Positions 35,401 to 47,734 of a DNA stretch of 64,000 nucleotides are shown piece by piece. The first letter of the stretch is position 1. Each line of letters starts with the position of its first letter. Location of the stretch: NCBI RefSeq assembly GCF_006345805.1, contig NC_043023.1, positions 10,726,001 to 10,790,000 of the forward strand. Direction: 5' to 3'. Source of the DNA: Octopus sinensis. Taxonomy: Eukaryota. A program made the translations under genes and the position numbers. A model generated the notes under the pieces. That model was not told the DNA's origin. It saw only the letters and a program-made list of their open reading frames with translations, and did no database searches.

Positions 35401-35990
35401 TTACAAAGTCAGAAAACAGCACAGCTCCTTCCATGACTTTCGGAAACATTTTTTTCACGCTGAGAATTGCTGAAGCATGGAACAAACTGCCGGCATCAGT
35501 TGTTAGTTGTCGGAGCAGTGCACCCTTCAAAACTTCCATGCTTCCTGAGATTCGCCAACACTACACCTGATCTTTCTCCCCTCCATACACACAAGCAAGC
35601 ATCTATCTGACTCATACATTGTTCGCTTTCCAGACATTTGTACATTACTGTATATGCTTTATATGCACTTTTGACAAATTGTGGTGCATCTGAGCACTGT
35701 ATACAATAATTTCATTATTATTATTATTTGAAAACTCCACCCGTCTAACACTCGTGGACATATTTACAAAGTCAGAAAACAGCACAGCTCCCATGACTTC
35801 AGGAAACATTTTTTCACGCTAAGAGTTGCTGAAGCATGGAACAAACTGCCAGCATCAGTTGTTAGTTGTCGGAGCACTGCATCCTTCAAAACTTCCATGC
35901 TTCCTGAGATTCGCCAACACTACACCTGATCTTTCTCCCCTCCATACACACAAGCAAGCATGTATCTGACTCATACACTGTTCGCTTCCC
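32490..35990 (+). repeat. ~359-bp satellite (10 units) derived from a CR1-type LINE 3' end
   Basis: Unit encodes TRGHIYKVRKQHSSHDFRKHFFTLRIAEAWNKLPASVVSCRSTASFK (CR1/L2 ORF2 C-terminal motif) plus 3' UTR and (ATT)n tail; spacings 362, 362, 357, 360, 358, 360, 358, 363. Confidence 0.9.
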
Positions 35991-36328
35991 GTATGTTCTG
36001 GTGCATGACTTTTGGCCCACCCTGTAATATCAGTAGTACCTTTTCTTATAAATGGTAAGATCTGAGATGGAAATAATATTCTGAAGGAATGGCTTTTTTT
36101 TTTTTTTTTCATTAAAAAAAAAAACCAGAATAGTAAGCAATGTCGCCAAAGTATTGGGTTGGCAACTAAATTCCCACCATTTTTTACATTTTGGAATTGA
36201 TTGTGTTTTTAAATTCTGGAATCTATTTTTTGGAAGAATTCTATTTTTGAATCATTTTGGAATCTATTTTGTTTTCTTTTCCAGATGAATCTTAGTTAAT
36301 TTTTGTTTATTTTCAAATCATTAAAATG

Positions 36329-36931
36329 AAATTCAAATCGGACCATGTTAACACCAAAAATTATTTACATCAAAAAGGTGCTTTTTTTCTATGAAAATCC
36401 CTATTTTTTATGATTTTTTTAATGCTGTGTCGCCACTTTTCGGTGTATTTCAACCAGAAAAATGTTCACTTAAAGAGAATAACAAGCTACATAATGCAAA
36501 ATTTTTACTTTTCTTAAATTCCAGTTCTAAAGGGTCAAAACAAACCCGGGCACTACTGCTAGTAATCTCTCTCTATATAAAGCTGAAGTTGTCTGTGTGT
36601 GGCAGGTTTGGTAGCCTTCAACTAACACAATCTCCTCCGAGACCCTGCGGCGCAAGTTGACCAAAATTGAGAGTATGATAGAAGGCTTGCTCTTCCTTCC
36701 ATAGAAGAAAAAATTCAAATCGGACCATGTTAACAGCAAAAATTATTTACATCAAAAAGGTGCTTTTTTTCTATGAAAATCCCTGTTTTTTACGATTTTT
36801 TGACTGCTTTGTCGCCATTTTTCGGTGTATTTCGACCAGAAAACTGTTCACTTAAAGAGAATAACAAGCTACATAATGCAAAATTTTTACTTTTCAAAAA
36901 TTCCAATTCTAAAGGGTCGAAACAAACCCGA
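36329..36931 (+). mobile_element. Two head-to-tail non-autonomous Helitron copies (36329-36562 and 36566-36931)
   Basis: First ends cccgggcactactgCTAG|T; second starts TCtctctctatataaagc; same family as 51483-51856. Confidence 0.75.
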
Positions 36932-37309
36932 TGATCTAGCTGTATCTGAGACCGTGGGGAGCTTGTCCTCCTTGTCAACTCGTTAAGATAGTGCTTTTGT
37001 TGGCTATTGAGTTGTTTTGACTCTTATTTCTAGCAATACTGGTACTGATTAGTGCCTTATATATATACATATATACTTCGAAACGGAGTAGATGAAACAA
37101 AGGCGACTGAAGAAGGGGAATTTTCCTTGTTTTCTACTCTGTTTTTTCGTTGTTTAAGAAAAATGTCCATTTCCTTGATTTTATGTTTATGTTTTCGTTT
37201 CTCATCGTGTTCGACGTTTTTTTGGTGTCCTGTACCCATATATACATGTAGAGTTAGGTACGTACATATATGTATGTATATATGCATATGTTTTATTTAT
37301 TTATCAATT

Positions 37310-37378
<69 letters not shown>

Positions 37379-37429
37379 TACATATATATACATATATATA
37401 TACATATATATACATATATATATACATAC

Positions 37430-37462
<33 letters not shown>

Positions 37463-37463
37463 C

Positions 37464-37548
<85 letters not shown>

Positions 37549-37602
37549 CATATATATATACATATATATATATACATATATATATACATATACATATATA
37601 TA
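37310..37602. repeat. (TA)n/(TACATA)n microsatellite
   Basis: Directly visible. Confidence 0.95.
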
Positions 37603-38004
37603 TCTTTATATATAAAACTGAAGTTGTGTGTCTGTCTGTCTCCTACGATTTAGATTCCTAACTACTCCCACATTTTGCGGTGCAGTTTAACCAAAACCGG
37701 GTATCTTATAGTCGTGATTCATATCGAGCCCTTCTGGGTGTTAGCGCGCGTCTACGATGAGTCTACAATTTTAAAAATAATTTACCATCATTTCTTTCCA
37801 TTTTAAAGCATTTTTTCGCTATTATATAAGGGAAGTAACTCTCTAAAAATGTCTTCGATGAGTCAGCGATTTATAAAAAAAATTTACCATCATTTTTTTT
37901 CCATTTTTAATGCATTTTTTTGCTATATTTTGGCTATAACTCTCTAAAAATGCTTTATAGTTATTTCCCTTACAAACCCGAGCAACGCCGGGCGATACTG
38001 CTAG
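37603..38004 (+). mobile_element. Non-autonomous Helitron
   Basis: A|TC start, hairpin cccgagcaacgccggg, CTAG|T end. Confidence 0.9.
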
Positions 38005-38234
38005 TATATATATAATATACATTGTGCAAGCGATGTTATTATTGAACTAAGAAAGACAACTCTTGTTATGCCCTTCGCGTTGCGTTGAATTAATTATCTC
38101 GATAATTAAAGTCTGCATTGCTAATTAGACTGCTCTTGCTTTAAAATATAATATAATGTAATGTAAATTATTCAGCAATTTCGTCAAAGTAGTTATTTGA
38201 TAATAGACGTCTGGAGATTAATGGTTTTACAAGA

Positions 38235-38432
38235 TGCCATTGGAAGCGGAAGTGACGTCAGAGGATAGTGAAAGTCTGTGGATCAAGAAATTGTCTTTTT
38301 GGCCGTTGGAGACGCGAGTTCGATCCTCCTCCCCGGTGGCCACCGCAACCTGAGTTTCTCTGCTTGTTTGAGTTGAGAACTACTGCTATACCCTTTCTTC
38401 GTCTCCTTTGTGATCGCTCCAACACAACCCGG
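38235..38432 (+). promoter_or_regulatory. Putative promoter/first exon of ZNF-2
   Basis: Overlapping ETS-CRE motif GCGGAAGTGACGTCA at 38246-38260; CpG-richer; donor ccgg|gtaagt at 38433; candidate acceptor at 43970-43971. Confidence 0.55.
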
Positions 38433-38839
38433 GTAAGTCTGATATTTACGTAAAACAACGGCTAATTTCCTATTTGACGTTGTTTTTGGTTTCACTTTCA
38501 TTTCGTTTCGATCAGCTTCTCTCGTAGACGCCCTTCTACTCCTTTTATTCTGAGTCTCAACGAAATACCTACAGATCAGCAGATAATCGATGACAGCCAT
38601 TCAATCACGACGATAGTTCGATCTTTCTCAGTTTCGGCGCCGTGGATTGTTGAAGAATTCTCAAATGTGCCCAGGGCGAAACTCAATTCAAAATAAGTCG
38701 AACATTTCCCCTCACTTCTTCTTACTCGCTGTTCGTATTGTGTTCCACTTATAATTATGAAATGTTTTATTGAAATATACTTCTTGGATCGATATGATTT
38801 TACGAACGTCAAATAAGAAATTACCAAACAACGACCTCA

Positions 38840-39245
38840 TCTCTTATTATAAAAGGCAGATTTTATCTGCCTCCCTTTGGGAGTTATACAAATCTACAAT
38901 ATAGGATTTCTTCAATTACAATTTACCTAGCATTTTTAAGAGTACAATGCATCGCGTCATGCCAGGTCCAGTTTTTAAAATTTAAACTCCAATTAAGCAA
39001 AATTTACAGAAAACTCACATTCTGGTGTGTGTGTTAAATGCTTTTCTTAGTCTGGTTTACACCACACGCAAACGCACACAACAGTGTGCGACGAATAAAA
39101 TAAAGTAAAGTAAATGTAATATTTGTTTCTGTCTATCACGCTGATAGATACATGAGTAAAATGTATGGGAAGCTAACAGATAACAGTGAGTGAAAATGTT
39201 CTTGGAAGAAGAGTAAATTAGCGACAGAGTGATTTGAGGAAGACT
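38840..39245 (+). mobile_element. Helitron-like family 2, 5' part (other copies 41649-42170 + and ~53180-53422 -)
   Basis: All three begin A|TCtcttattataaaaggcagat; no 3' CTAG terminus found. Confidence 0.55.
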
Positions 39246-39602
39246 AAACTGAAAGTATGAAACAGTGTTTATGTATAAACAGACGACACTTATATAAACC
39301 CTTTCGTTACCAAACCGCCCGAATTTACCTATTCATATTTAAATGAGAATATCAGAGTAAATCTCTTTAGTACATTCGTGAAAACACGTATTATACTTCG
39401 TAAACACTTCAAATACAGTTTTGTACAAAAATCGAAGTGTAATTTTAATTCCGTGAATTATGGGACATTTTTTTCCGAAATTTGTTTTTGTGTGTTTCTT
39501 AAATGGCTTATAAACACCTTCAACGCTGCAACTGTTTTCGTTCCAGCACACGATCTCAGATCAAGTCACTTGCTATGCAAGTACATCTCTGTAACTATAT
39601 AA

Positions 39603-39660
<58 letters not shown>

Positions 39661-39722
39661 GGTAAAAACAGTAAGATAACAAAAGAAAGAAAGAGACCTC
39701 AATATTATGTAAATAGAGGAAA

Positions 39723-39996
39723 TCTTTATATATAAAAGTGAGGTTGTGTGTCTGTCTCCTACGATTTAGATTCCTAACTACTCCCACATTTTGCGGTGCA
39801 GTTTAACCAAAACCGGGTATCTTATAGTCGTGATTCATATCGAGACCGTCTGGGTATTAGCGCGCGTCTACGATGAGTCTACGATTTAAAAAAAAATTTA
39901 CCATCAATTTTTCCCATTTTTAATCCATTTTTGACATATATAAGGCGAGACAGAGTGATTTGAGGAAGACTTTACATTAAATAACCGTAGTGGCTT
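39723..39996 (+). mobile_element. Truncated Helitron 5' end fused to a family-2 internal segment
   Basis: 39723-39945 matches the start of 37603; 39946-39996 matches ~42070-42120. Confidence 0.7.
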
Positions 39997-40014
39997 CTGT
40001 TAGTAATAAAGTAA

Positions 40015-40182
40015 ACATACACTCATACATACATACATACATACATACATACATACATACATACATACATACATACACACACACACATACACACACACAT
40101 ACATACATACACACACACATACATACATACACACATACATACATACACACATACATACATACATACATATACATACATACAT

Positions 40183-40213
<31 letters not shown>

Positions 40214-40315
40214 TACATACACACACACATACATACATATATACATACATACATACATACATACATATACATACATACATATACATACATACATACACAC
40301 ATACACACACACACA
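40015..40315. repeat. (TACA)n/(CA)n microsatellite
   Basis: Directly visible. Confidence 0.95.
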
Positions 40316-40689
40316 GTATTGAAGCTTGAGAACAATCAGATACATTTGCAACACATCTGTTGAAAATATTATTGTTCACACTCATACATATACATATATA
40401 CATACAGACAGACAGACAGATAGACACACACACACACACACACATGATCCAGCATGGCCACAACCTCAAGGCTGAAACATATAAAAGAATAACAGAATAT
40501 AAATGTGTGCATGTGTGTGAGAGAGAGAGTGTGTGTGATATGTATGTATGTATGTATATATATATAATAATGCGGTTTTTTCAACAGCTTGAACTAAAAG
40601 TCAGAGGGAATGGGATATAAACTACTATATTAACTTGCTATAAAAGCAGGTAGTAATTTTATCTTGTCCTTATTCATAGTGCAAGTTTT

Positions 40690-41010
40690 GAAGAGTGCAT
40701 TTCGATTTTAACAGCTATTTTTTTCAAAGCTATATTGGAACAGCCTAGAAGACGAGCCTCATCCTGAAAGATCTGTAGAACTCGACAAGGACATCCTGAA
40801 AACCCTGGTGGAACAAAATCTCATCGTAACTGTTGAGGAACTAGCAGAGAAGCTTGGATTTTGGTCATTCAACCATTCATTGAGACCTGTGCTATCGGAA
40901 AAGTCAGCAAATTGGGTCAATGGGTTCCTCACGAACTTTCCGAGTCTAATTGCATGTAGAGAGTGAATGTATGCTTTTCTTTGCTGTCACATCTCACCAC
41001 TACTGCGCTA
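40690..41010 (+). pseudogene. Mariner transposase fragment
   Basis: LEDEPHPERSVELDKDILKTLVEQN...VEELAEKLG and, after a shift, GKVSKLGQWVPHELSE (WVPHEL motif). Confidence 0.8.
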
Positions 41011-41016
41011 TGTATA

Positions 41017-41551
41017 TCTATATATATAAAACTGTAGTTGTGTGAGTGTCTGTCCCCTTCGATTTAGATTCCTAACTACTCCCACATTTTGCGGTGCAGT
41101 TTAACCAAATTCGGGTAGCTTATAGTCGTGATTCATATCGAGCCCGTCTGAGTATTAGCGCGCGTCTACGATGAGTCTACGATTTTAAAAATAATTTAAC
41201 ATCATTTTTTATTCCATTTTAATGCATAATTTTTCGTGTGTCGATGGCGGCGGAGTTGGCGTCCACGCTCACACCTGCACCTGTGGGGAAGGGAGTGTAA
41301 GGAAATCAACGTCGTAATGCGTTGTCAAGGAGACCAGCGTTCTTTTAGAACAACGACTTCATGGCTTGAAGACACCAAAACAGAAATGGCTAAGAAAGCG
41401 TCTACATGAGTCTACGATTTAAAAAAAAATTTACCATCGTTTTTTTTCCATTTTAATGCATTTTTTCGCTATTTTTTGGCTATAACTCTCTAAAAATGCT
41501 TATATAGTTATTTCCCTTACAAACCCGAGCAACGCCGGGCGATACTGCTAG
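41017..41551 (+). mobile_element. Non-autonomous Helitron with a ~160-bp internal insert
   Basis: A|TC...hairpin...CTAG|T; 41236-41398 is absent from the copy at 37603. Confidence 0.85.
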
Positions 41552-42445
41552 TCACATATAAAACAGAAGTGACCACATACAAACGATGTGCTGGACTCAC
41601 AGAATATCGGCAAAATTCCTCAGTTATGATGTTTTCTTGTTTATAAAATCTCTTATTATAAAAGGCAGATTTTATCTGCCTTCCTTTGTCTCTTATAGAA
41701 ATCTACAATATAGGATTTCTTCAATTACAATTTACCTAGCATTTTTAAGAGTAGAATGCATCGGGTTTTGCCAGGTCCGGTTTTTAAAATTTCAACCCCA
41801 ATTAAGCAAAATTTAGAGAAAACTCACATTGTGGTGTATATGTCAAATGCTTTTCCTAGTTTGGGTTACAGCACATGCAAACGCACACACACAGTGTGCA
41901 ACGAATAAAGTGAAAGTAATTCACTGTGTGTTGACAGGTAGACAATAGAATGCGATGGCGATGGCGATGTAATATTTGTTTCTGTCTATGACGCTGATAG
42001 ATACATGAGTAAAATGTATGGGAAGCTAAGAGATAAGAGTGAGTGAAAATGTTCTTGGAAGAGAGTAAATAGCGAGAGAGTGATTTGATGAAGACTTTAC
42101 ATTAAATAACCGTAGTGGCATTGTCACATGAAGAGGAGTGAGAGGGTACTGGAGGAAATAGAGTGAGTGAGGAAAATGGCCCCTAGCAACCACACCTTTT
42201 AAGATAGGGATTTCTAAGGTAGCCCACGAGCATCGTCACCTCATTCTACATGTCCCTGTAAATTTTGGAGCGAATCGGACAGGATAAAGTTATCTCTAAG
42301 AAACAGAAAGATCGCCCAAAAGTGTATATAGATATTTAAATGTATTTATATATTCATCTATACACACATGTATGTATAATGTGCGTGTATATATTTCCAT
42401 AGAGGTAACCATTCAATCCATACAAAGTTTTTTAGGACGAAAATA

Positions 42446-43290
42446 TTTATATATAAAAGAAAGGTTGTGTGTCTGTCTACTCCGATTTAGATTCCTAACT
42501 ACTCCCACATTTTGCGATGCAGTTTAACCAAAACCGGGTATCTTATAGTCGTGATTCATATCGAGCCCTTCTGGGTATTAGCGCGCGTCTACGATGAGCC
42601 TATGATTTTACAAATAATTTACCATCATTTTTTTCCATTTTAATGCATATTTTTTTTAATAAAGGGAAGTAACTCTCAAACTTCACACCAATATGCGTGC
42701 TCATATGCGACGTAATATCACATCAGCAGCATTTCCTCACACCCTCCTTGCACTTGGCGAAGGCAAAATACCAGGGGATGAAAATGGTAATATTGCCATT
42801 GATTCCATTTGTAACGTTGTTAAGACGCCTTCTGATCTCAGAGATGCAGTGTTCCCAGATCTACAAGCTAATTATCAGAATATGGATTGGATTGGCAAAA
42901 ATGCTATACTGGCCCCGAGGAATAAAACTGTTCACCATATTAATGATGAAATGCTAAAACTCATTCCTGGGGAAGTCTATGTATATCAGTCTATCGATAC
43001 AACTCCTGACCCAGAGGACGTCATCAACTATCCAATAGAGGTACTCAATTCCTTTGAGCACCCCGGACTACCACCACACTTTCTCAAACTTAAAGTTGCT
43101 GCCCCTATAATGCTCATCAGAAATTTGGTTCCCCCAAAACAATGCAATGGCACACGTTTGATCGTTAAGTCCTTATCTCCCACCGTAAACTTATATCAAT
43201 ATTTGCCTGAATAATCATCATAATTCAGTGCAATCATTAACAGTACTTTCAAGCAATTCAGCCCCGAGCAACGCCGGGCAATTCTGCTAG
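42446..43290 (+). mobile_element. Internally deleted Helitron carrying a Pif1-like helicase fragment (ORF 42693-43214)
   Basis: AILAPRN..VHHIN, YPIEVLNS...GLPPHFLKLKVAAPIMLIRNL.P..QCNGTRLIV are typical RepHel helicase motifs; 3' hairpin plus CTAG|T at 43287-43290. Confidence 0.9.
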
Positions 43291-44034
43291 TATAATATAA
43301 AACGGTCATTCAGTCAATTTAATTAGTTTGCTTTGTAATCGCACTGACACAACCGAGAAGAGTAAGTCAAGAAATGTTGTCTGATGTTTACGTAAAACGA
43401 CCTCAGATACAAAACAGAAACATGCTGGGTGATCCTTCGGTATATGTCCCGTAAGTAGCGGAAGTAGCTTTGTTTACATTTCTGAAGATAACAGAAACCC
43501 TTTTCTCCTAACCCTAACCCCCCATATATATATATAAAAAAAAAACAACACTTTCTTGAAATGTATCCGGTACTTCCGTGTCGTATACCGAAGATACACC
43601 ACATGCTGGACTTCGTATTCCCAAGATCCTTCAAACATTCCTCATGTACATCGCACCTATTACTCCCTTTCATCATCAGAGATGCCCATATTGTCAGCCA
43701 CTAACAATATTTCTGCTTCAGCAGCTCAGCAATGAATCTGGGGTCAAGGGTCAAGATAGAGGGGGCGAGGCTTCTATGATAAAATGTGTTGGATGGAGGG
43801 TAGGAGAGAAACTATGATGACTAAAAATTGTGAAGGGTACAGGGGTGAATGCAGTGCATGGAATGAAAGTAAGGAAGAAGAGCAGAAAAGATGATGACTA
43901 GATGTTTTACAGCTACTTTCCATACATCCCTCATGTCTTACAATGTTTTGTTTTTTCTTCTCTAATTTCAGGTTATTGGTAACATTGGCACCGAAGAATG
44001 TTTTTTACATCACCAATATTTAATCATCTTTTAA

Positions 44035-44253
44035 CCCTTTAGCGTTCAGATTATTCTATCAAACATAATACCTATTGATTCCCATTGATTTGAATTAATC
44101 GTGCATTATCTCATATCTTCAAGATCTTGATGGTGTAATTACTTAATGTAGAATAGCATTGTAGGGTAGGTGTGAGAGCCTGGATCTGGTCAGTTTGAAC
44201 ATAAAACAGATTAACTATTTTGGCCGGATATGGTCGGTTTAAATACTAAAGGG
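44035..44253. mobile_element. piggyBac-type MITE
   Basis: TTAA|ccctttag...ctaaaggg|TTAA. Confidence 0.85.
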
Positions 44254-44278
44254 TTAAAGACTAAAAGAATATATACAC

Positions 44279-44841
44279 CAGTGGTTTTCAACCCTTTTTT
44301 TTTTCTTCTTATGGGTGCCTTTGATGACTATTCTTTTCTGGTGAACCAATATAGCCATTTGATGTTTAGAAACCACTTTTGTAGTTCCTTCCTTCAAAAT
44401 CCCTATTTTGTTCCTCACCCATTAACTTGTGGAGGTTGAACCATGTAAAACGTTAGAGAAAGAAACTTAACTGTTTCTTGCCATAAATACATTTAAGAAA
44501 TTTTTTTTTTTCATGAATCCTTAAAATACTACCATAGATCCCCAATTTACTGTTTTGCTTGTGTAGGCCCCCTTTGATTTCTATTCTATTCTGGTGGACC
44601 CCTATAGCCATTTATTGTTTAAAAACTTGTTTTCTAGAAAACTTCTTTCAAAATTCCTGTTTTGTTTCCCACACACGAACTTGTGTAGATTGAACTCTGT
44701 AAAACTTTTTTTCTTACAATAAATACATCTGAAGAAATATTTTTTCACGGACCCTTAAGTTACCACTGTGGATCCCTAATTTACTATATTGCTTGCGTGG
44801 ATCCCTAAAAGTCTTACAAGAACCCCTGTTGAGAACCACCA
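44279..44841. mobile_element. hAT-type MITE with internal ~245-bp subrepeat
   Basis: Imperfect TIRs cagtggttttcaac / gttgagaaccacca; 8-bp TSD atatacac at 44271-44278 and 44842-44849. Confidence 0.8.
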
Positions 44842-44986
44842 ATATACACAGAACATATATAACACTGTTTTGAGATTATTAGCAACGTTTCTCTACTTCA
44901 CTGCTTGGAAAGATCACAAGATGATTTTTTTGCCTTCGCATTAAATTTGCATTATAAAGGAGTTTGCCAAATGTTCAGATAGAATA

Positions 44987-45165
44987 TCATCATCATCATC
45001 ATCATCGTTTAACGTCCGCTTTCCGTGCTAGCATGGGTTGGACGATTTGACTGAGGGCTGGTGAACCAGATAGCTGCACCAGGCTTCAATCTTGATCTGG
45101 CAGAGTTTCTACAGCTGGATGCCCTTCCTAACGCCAACCACTGTGAGAGTGTAGTGGGTGCTTTT
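44987..45165 (-). mobile_element. Retroelement 3' tail with (ATC)n
   Basis: Reverse complement of 24335-24510. Confidence 0.8.
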
Positions 45166-45268
45166 GTGATGAAGGTATAGTAACAGAAATATATTTATTC
45201 ATTGGCTGTCAACTATAAAATAAGGAGAGAAATAAGCATTTGTAAATTGTGGTCAAGAAATAATAGTT

Positions 45269-46117
45269 ATGGAAAATGAATTGTGTGAGAAGAAAGGTGA
45301 ATTTGATACACAATCTAAAAAGATCGACTCTCCTGGTGGTATAAGGAAAGGAAGAAGTCAAATATACCAGTGTGATATCTGTGAGAAGATATTTTCTCAA
45401 AAGTGTAACCTCACGATACACAGACGTACTCATACAGGAGACAAACCATATCACTGTGAGATGTGTGGTAACTCGTTCTCTCACAAGGGTAACTTAACAT
45501 CTCACAAACGTATTCATACTGGAGAAAAGCCATATCAGTGTGATATCTGTGGTAAATCCTTCTCTCAAAAAGGTCACCTAATCACTCACCAGCTCATTCA
45601 TACAGACGAAAAACCATATCACTGTGATATCTGTGGTAAATCATATTCTCGTGAAATTACCTTAATAAGACACAACCGTATTCACACAGGAGAGAAACCA
45701 TATCATTGTGATGTCTGTGGTAAATCATTCTCACAAAAAGGCCACCTACTTACTCACCAACGGATTCACACAGAAGGAAAACCATTTCACTGTGACATCT
45801 GTGGTAAATCATTCTCTCGTGAAATTAACTTGACTCGGCACAAACGTATTCATACAGGTGAGAGGCCATTTCAGTGTGATGTCTGTGGTAAATCCTTCTC
45901 TGAATGTGGTGTGTTAACTTTACATGTACGTAGTCATACGGGAGAGAAACCATATCGCTGTGATACCTGTGGAAAGTCATTCTCTGGAGCAAGTACCTTA
46001 ACAAAACACAAACTCACTCACACAGGAGAGAAACCGTTTCTCTGTTACACCTGTGGTAAATCCTTCTCTCAAAAGATTCCCTTAACAACACATGAAGGTG
46101 TTCATTCAGAAAAGTAA
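45269..46117 (+). CDS. C2H2 zinc-finger protein ZNF-2 (282 aa, 9 fingers)
   Basis: Intact ORF starting MENELC, nine CxxC-12-HxxxH fingers with TGEKP-type linkers. Confidence 0.92.
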   Translation: MENELCEKKGEFDTQSKKIDSPGGIRKGRSQIYQCDICEKIFSQKCNLTIHRRTHTGDKPYHCEMCGNSFSHKGNLTSHKRIHTGEKPYQCDICGKSFSQKGHLITHQLIHTDEKPYHCDICGKSYSREITLIRHNRIHTGEKPYHCDVCGKSFSQKGHLLTHQRIHTEGKPFHCDICGKSFSREINLTRHKRIHTGERPFQCDVCGKSFSECGVLTLHVRSHTGEKPYRCDTCGKSFSGASTLTKHKLTHTGEKPFLCYTCGKSFSQKIPLTTHEGVHSEK

Positions 46118-46184
46118 CTGTATCAATGTTAAGAATAAATTCGTATTAAATAAAGTCTTCCATGTTTGTCATTCAAACTCTCTC

Positions 46185-46560
46185 TTTCTCTCTTTTACTT
46201 GTTTCAGTCATTTGACTGCGGCCATGCTGGAGCACCGCCTTTGGTCGAGCAACTCGACCCCGGGACTTATTCTTATATAAGCCCAGTACTTATTCTATCG
46301 GTCTCTTTTGCCGAACCGCTAAGTGACGGGGACGTAAACACACCAGCATCGATTGTCAAGCAATGCTAAGGGGACAAACACATACATATATATATACACA
46401 TATAAACGACAGGCTTCTTTCAGTTTCCGTCTACCAAATCCACTCACAAGGCATTGGCGGCCCGGGGCTATAGCAGAAGACACTTGCCCAAGATGCCACA
46501 CAGTGGGACTGAACCCGGAGCCATGTGGTTGGTTAGCAAGCTACTTACCACACAGCCACT
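46185..46560 (-). mobile_element. SINE family A
   Basis: Reverse complement of family A. Confidence 0.9.
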
Positions 46561-46917
46561 TATATTCCATTTTTGCTGGTGTTTACAATGTACTTAATTT
46601 TATGATAAAATGTATTAAAACCTTTTCCTGTGCCTAATGCTGCCATATTAAGGATAAGTGGCAGAGTGTGGTTGGTGGAGGAGCTGGATGAATGTCTGTC
46701 TGTTTGTCACAGTAATCAGTACTAAAAATAAAATATTGGTTTCAAATTTGGCACAAGGCCAACAATTTCGACCCCAGTACTTAATTGGTACATATTTTAT
46801 TGACCCCAAAACGATGAAAGGAAAAGTCAACCTCAACAGAATTTGAACTCAGAACATAAAGGACGGAGAGATGGACAAAGTGCTGCTAAGTATTTAGCCT
46901 AGCGTGCTAACAATTGA

Positions 46918-47722
46918 GAAGTTTTAAGCAGATCAGGATGAAAATGTCACTAGAAGCTGGGATCACCAAGCATAGATTGGCATATTTCGGTCATATTATG
47001 TGGAGAAAATCCCTGGAGAAGGACATCATGCTTAGAATGGTCAGAGAGGAAGAGGCCAACCAAGAACCGGTTGGCTTGACACCATCAAGAGGGATACCGG
47101 AATGGACATAGCCATTCTGAAAGAAGCAGTCTAGGATAGAACTGACTGGAGGACACTGATCCAACAAGTGACTGAGAGTCGACTTCGACTGAGCATATAC
47201 GGAATGGTCAGTGGCAAGAGAGGAAGAGGCCAACCAAGAACCGGTTGGCTTGACACTATCAAGAGTGATACCAGAATGGACATGGCCAATCTGGAGGAAG
47301 CGGCCCAGGATAGAACTGACTGGAGGACACTGATCCAACAAGTGACTGAGAGTCGACTTCGACTGAGCATATACGGAATGGTCAGTGGCAAGAGAGGAAG
47401 AGGCCAACCAAGAACCGGCTGGCTTGACACCATCAAGAGTGATACCAGAATGGACATGGCCAATCTGAAGGAAGCGGCCCAGGATAGAACTGACTGGAGG
47501 ACACTGATCCAACAAGTGACTGAGAGTCGACTTCGACTGAGCATATACGGAATGGTCAGTGGCAAGAGAGGAAGAGGCCAACCAAGAACCGGCTGGCTTG
47601 ACACTATCAAGAGTGATACCAGAATGGACATGGCCAATCTGGAGGAAGCGGCCCAGGATAGAACTGACTGGAGGACACTGATCCATCGAGTGACCGAGAG
47701 ACGACTTCGACTGAGCGGATAG
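46918..47722 (+). mobile_element. RTE (BovB-like) 3' fragment with its terminal segment tandemly repeated (174-bp period)
   Basis: Homologous to 14440-14720; gtgactgagagtcg at 47168, 47342, 47516. Confidence 0.9.
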
Positions 47723-47734
47723 ATAGATAGCTAA

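Noticed and set aside
33670-35539. Series of 74-85 aa ORFs (MLKHGTNC..., MEVLKDAV...) that look like a tandem gene family
   Set aside because: Off-frame or antisense readings of the CR1-derived satellite unit.
42693-43214. Pif1-like ORF as a host helicase gene
   Set aside because: Partial domain enclosed by Helitron termini, so it is a transposon fragment.
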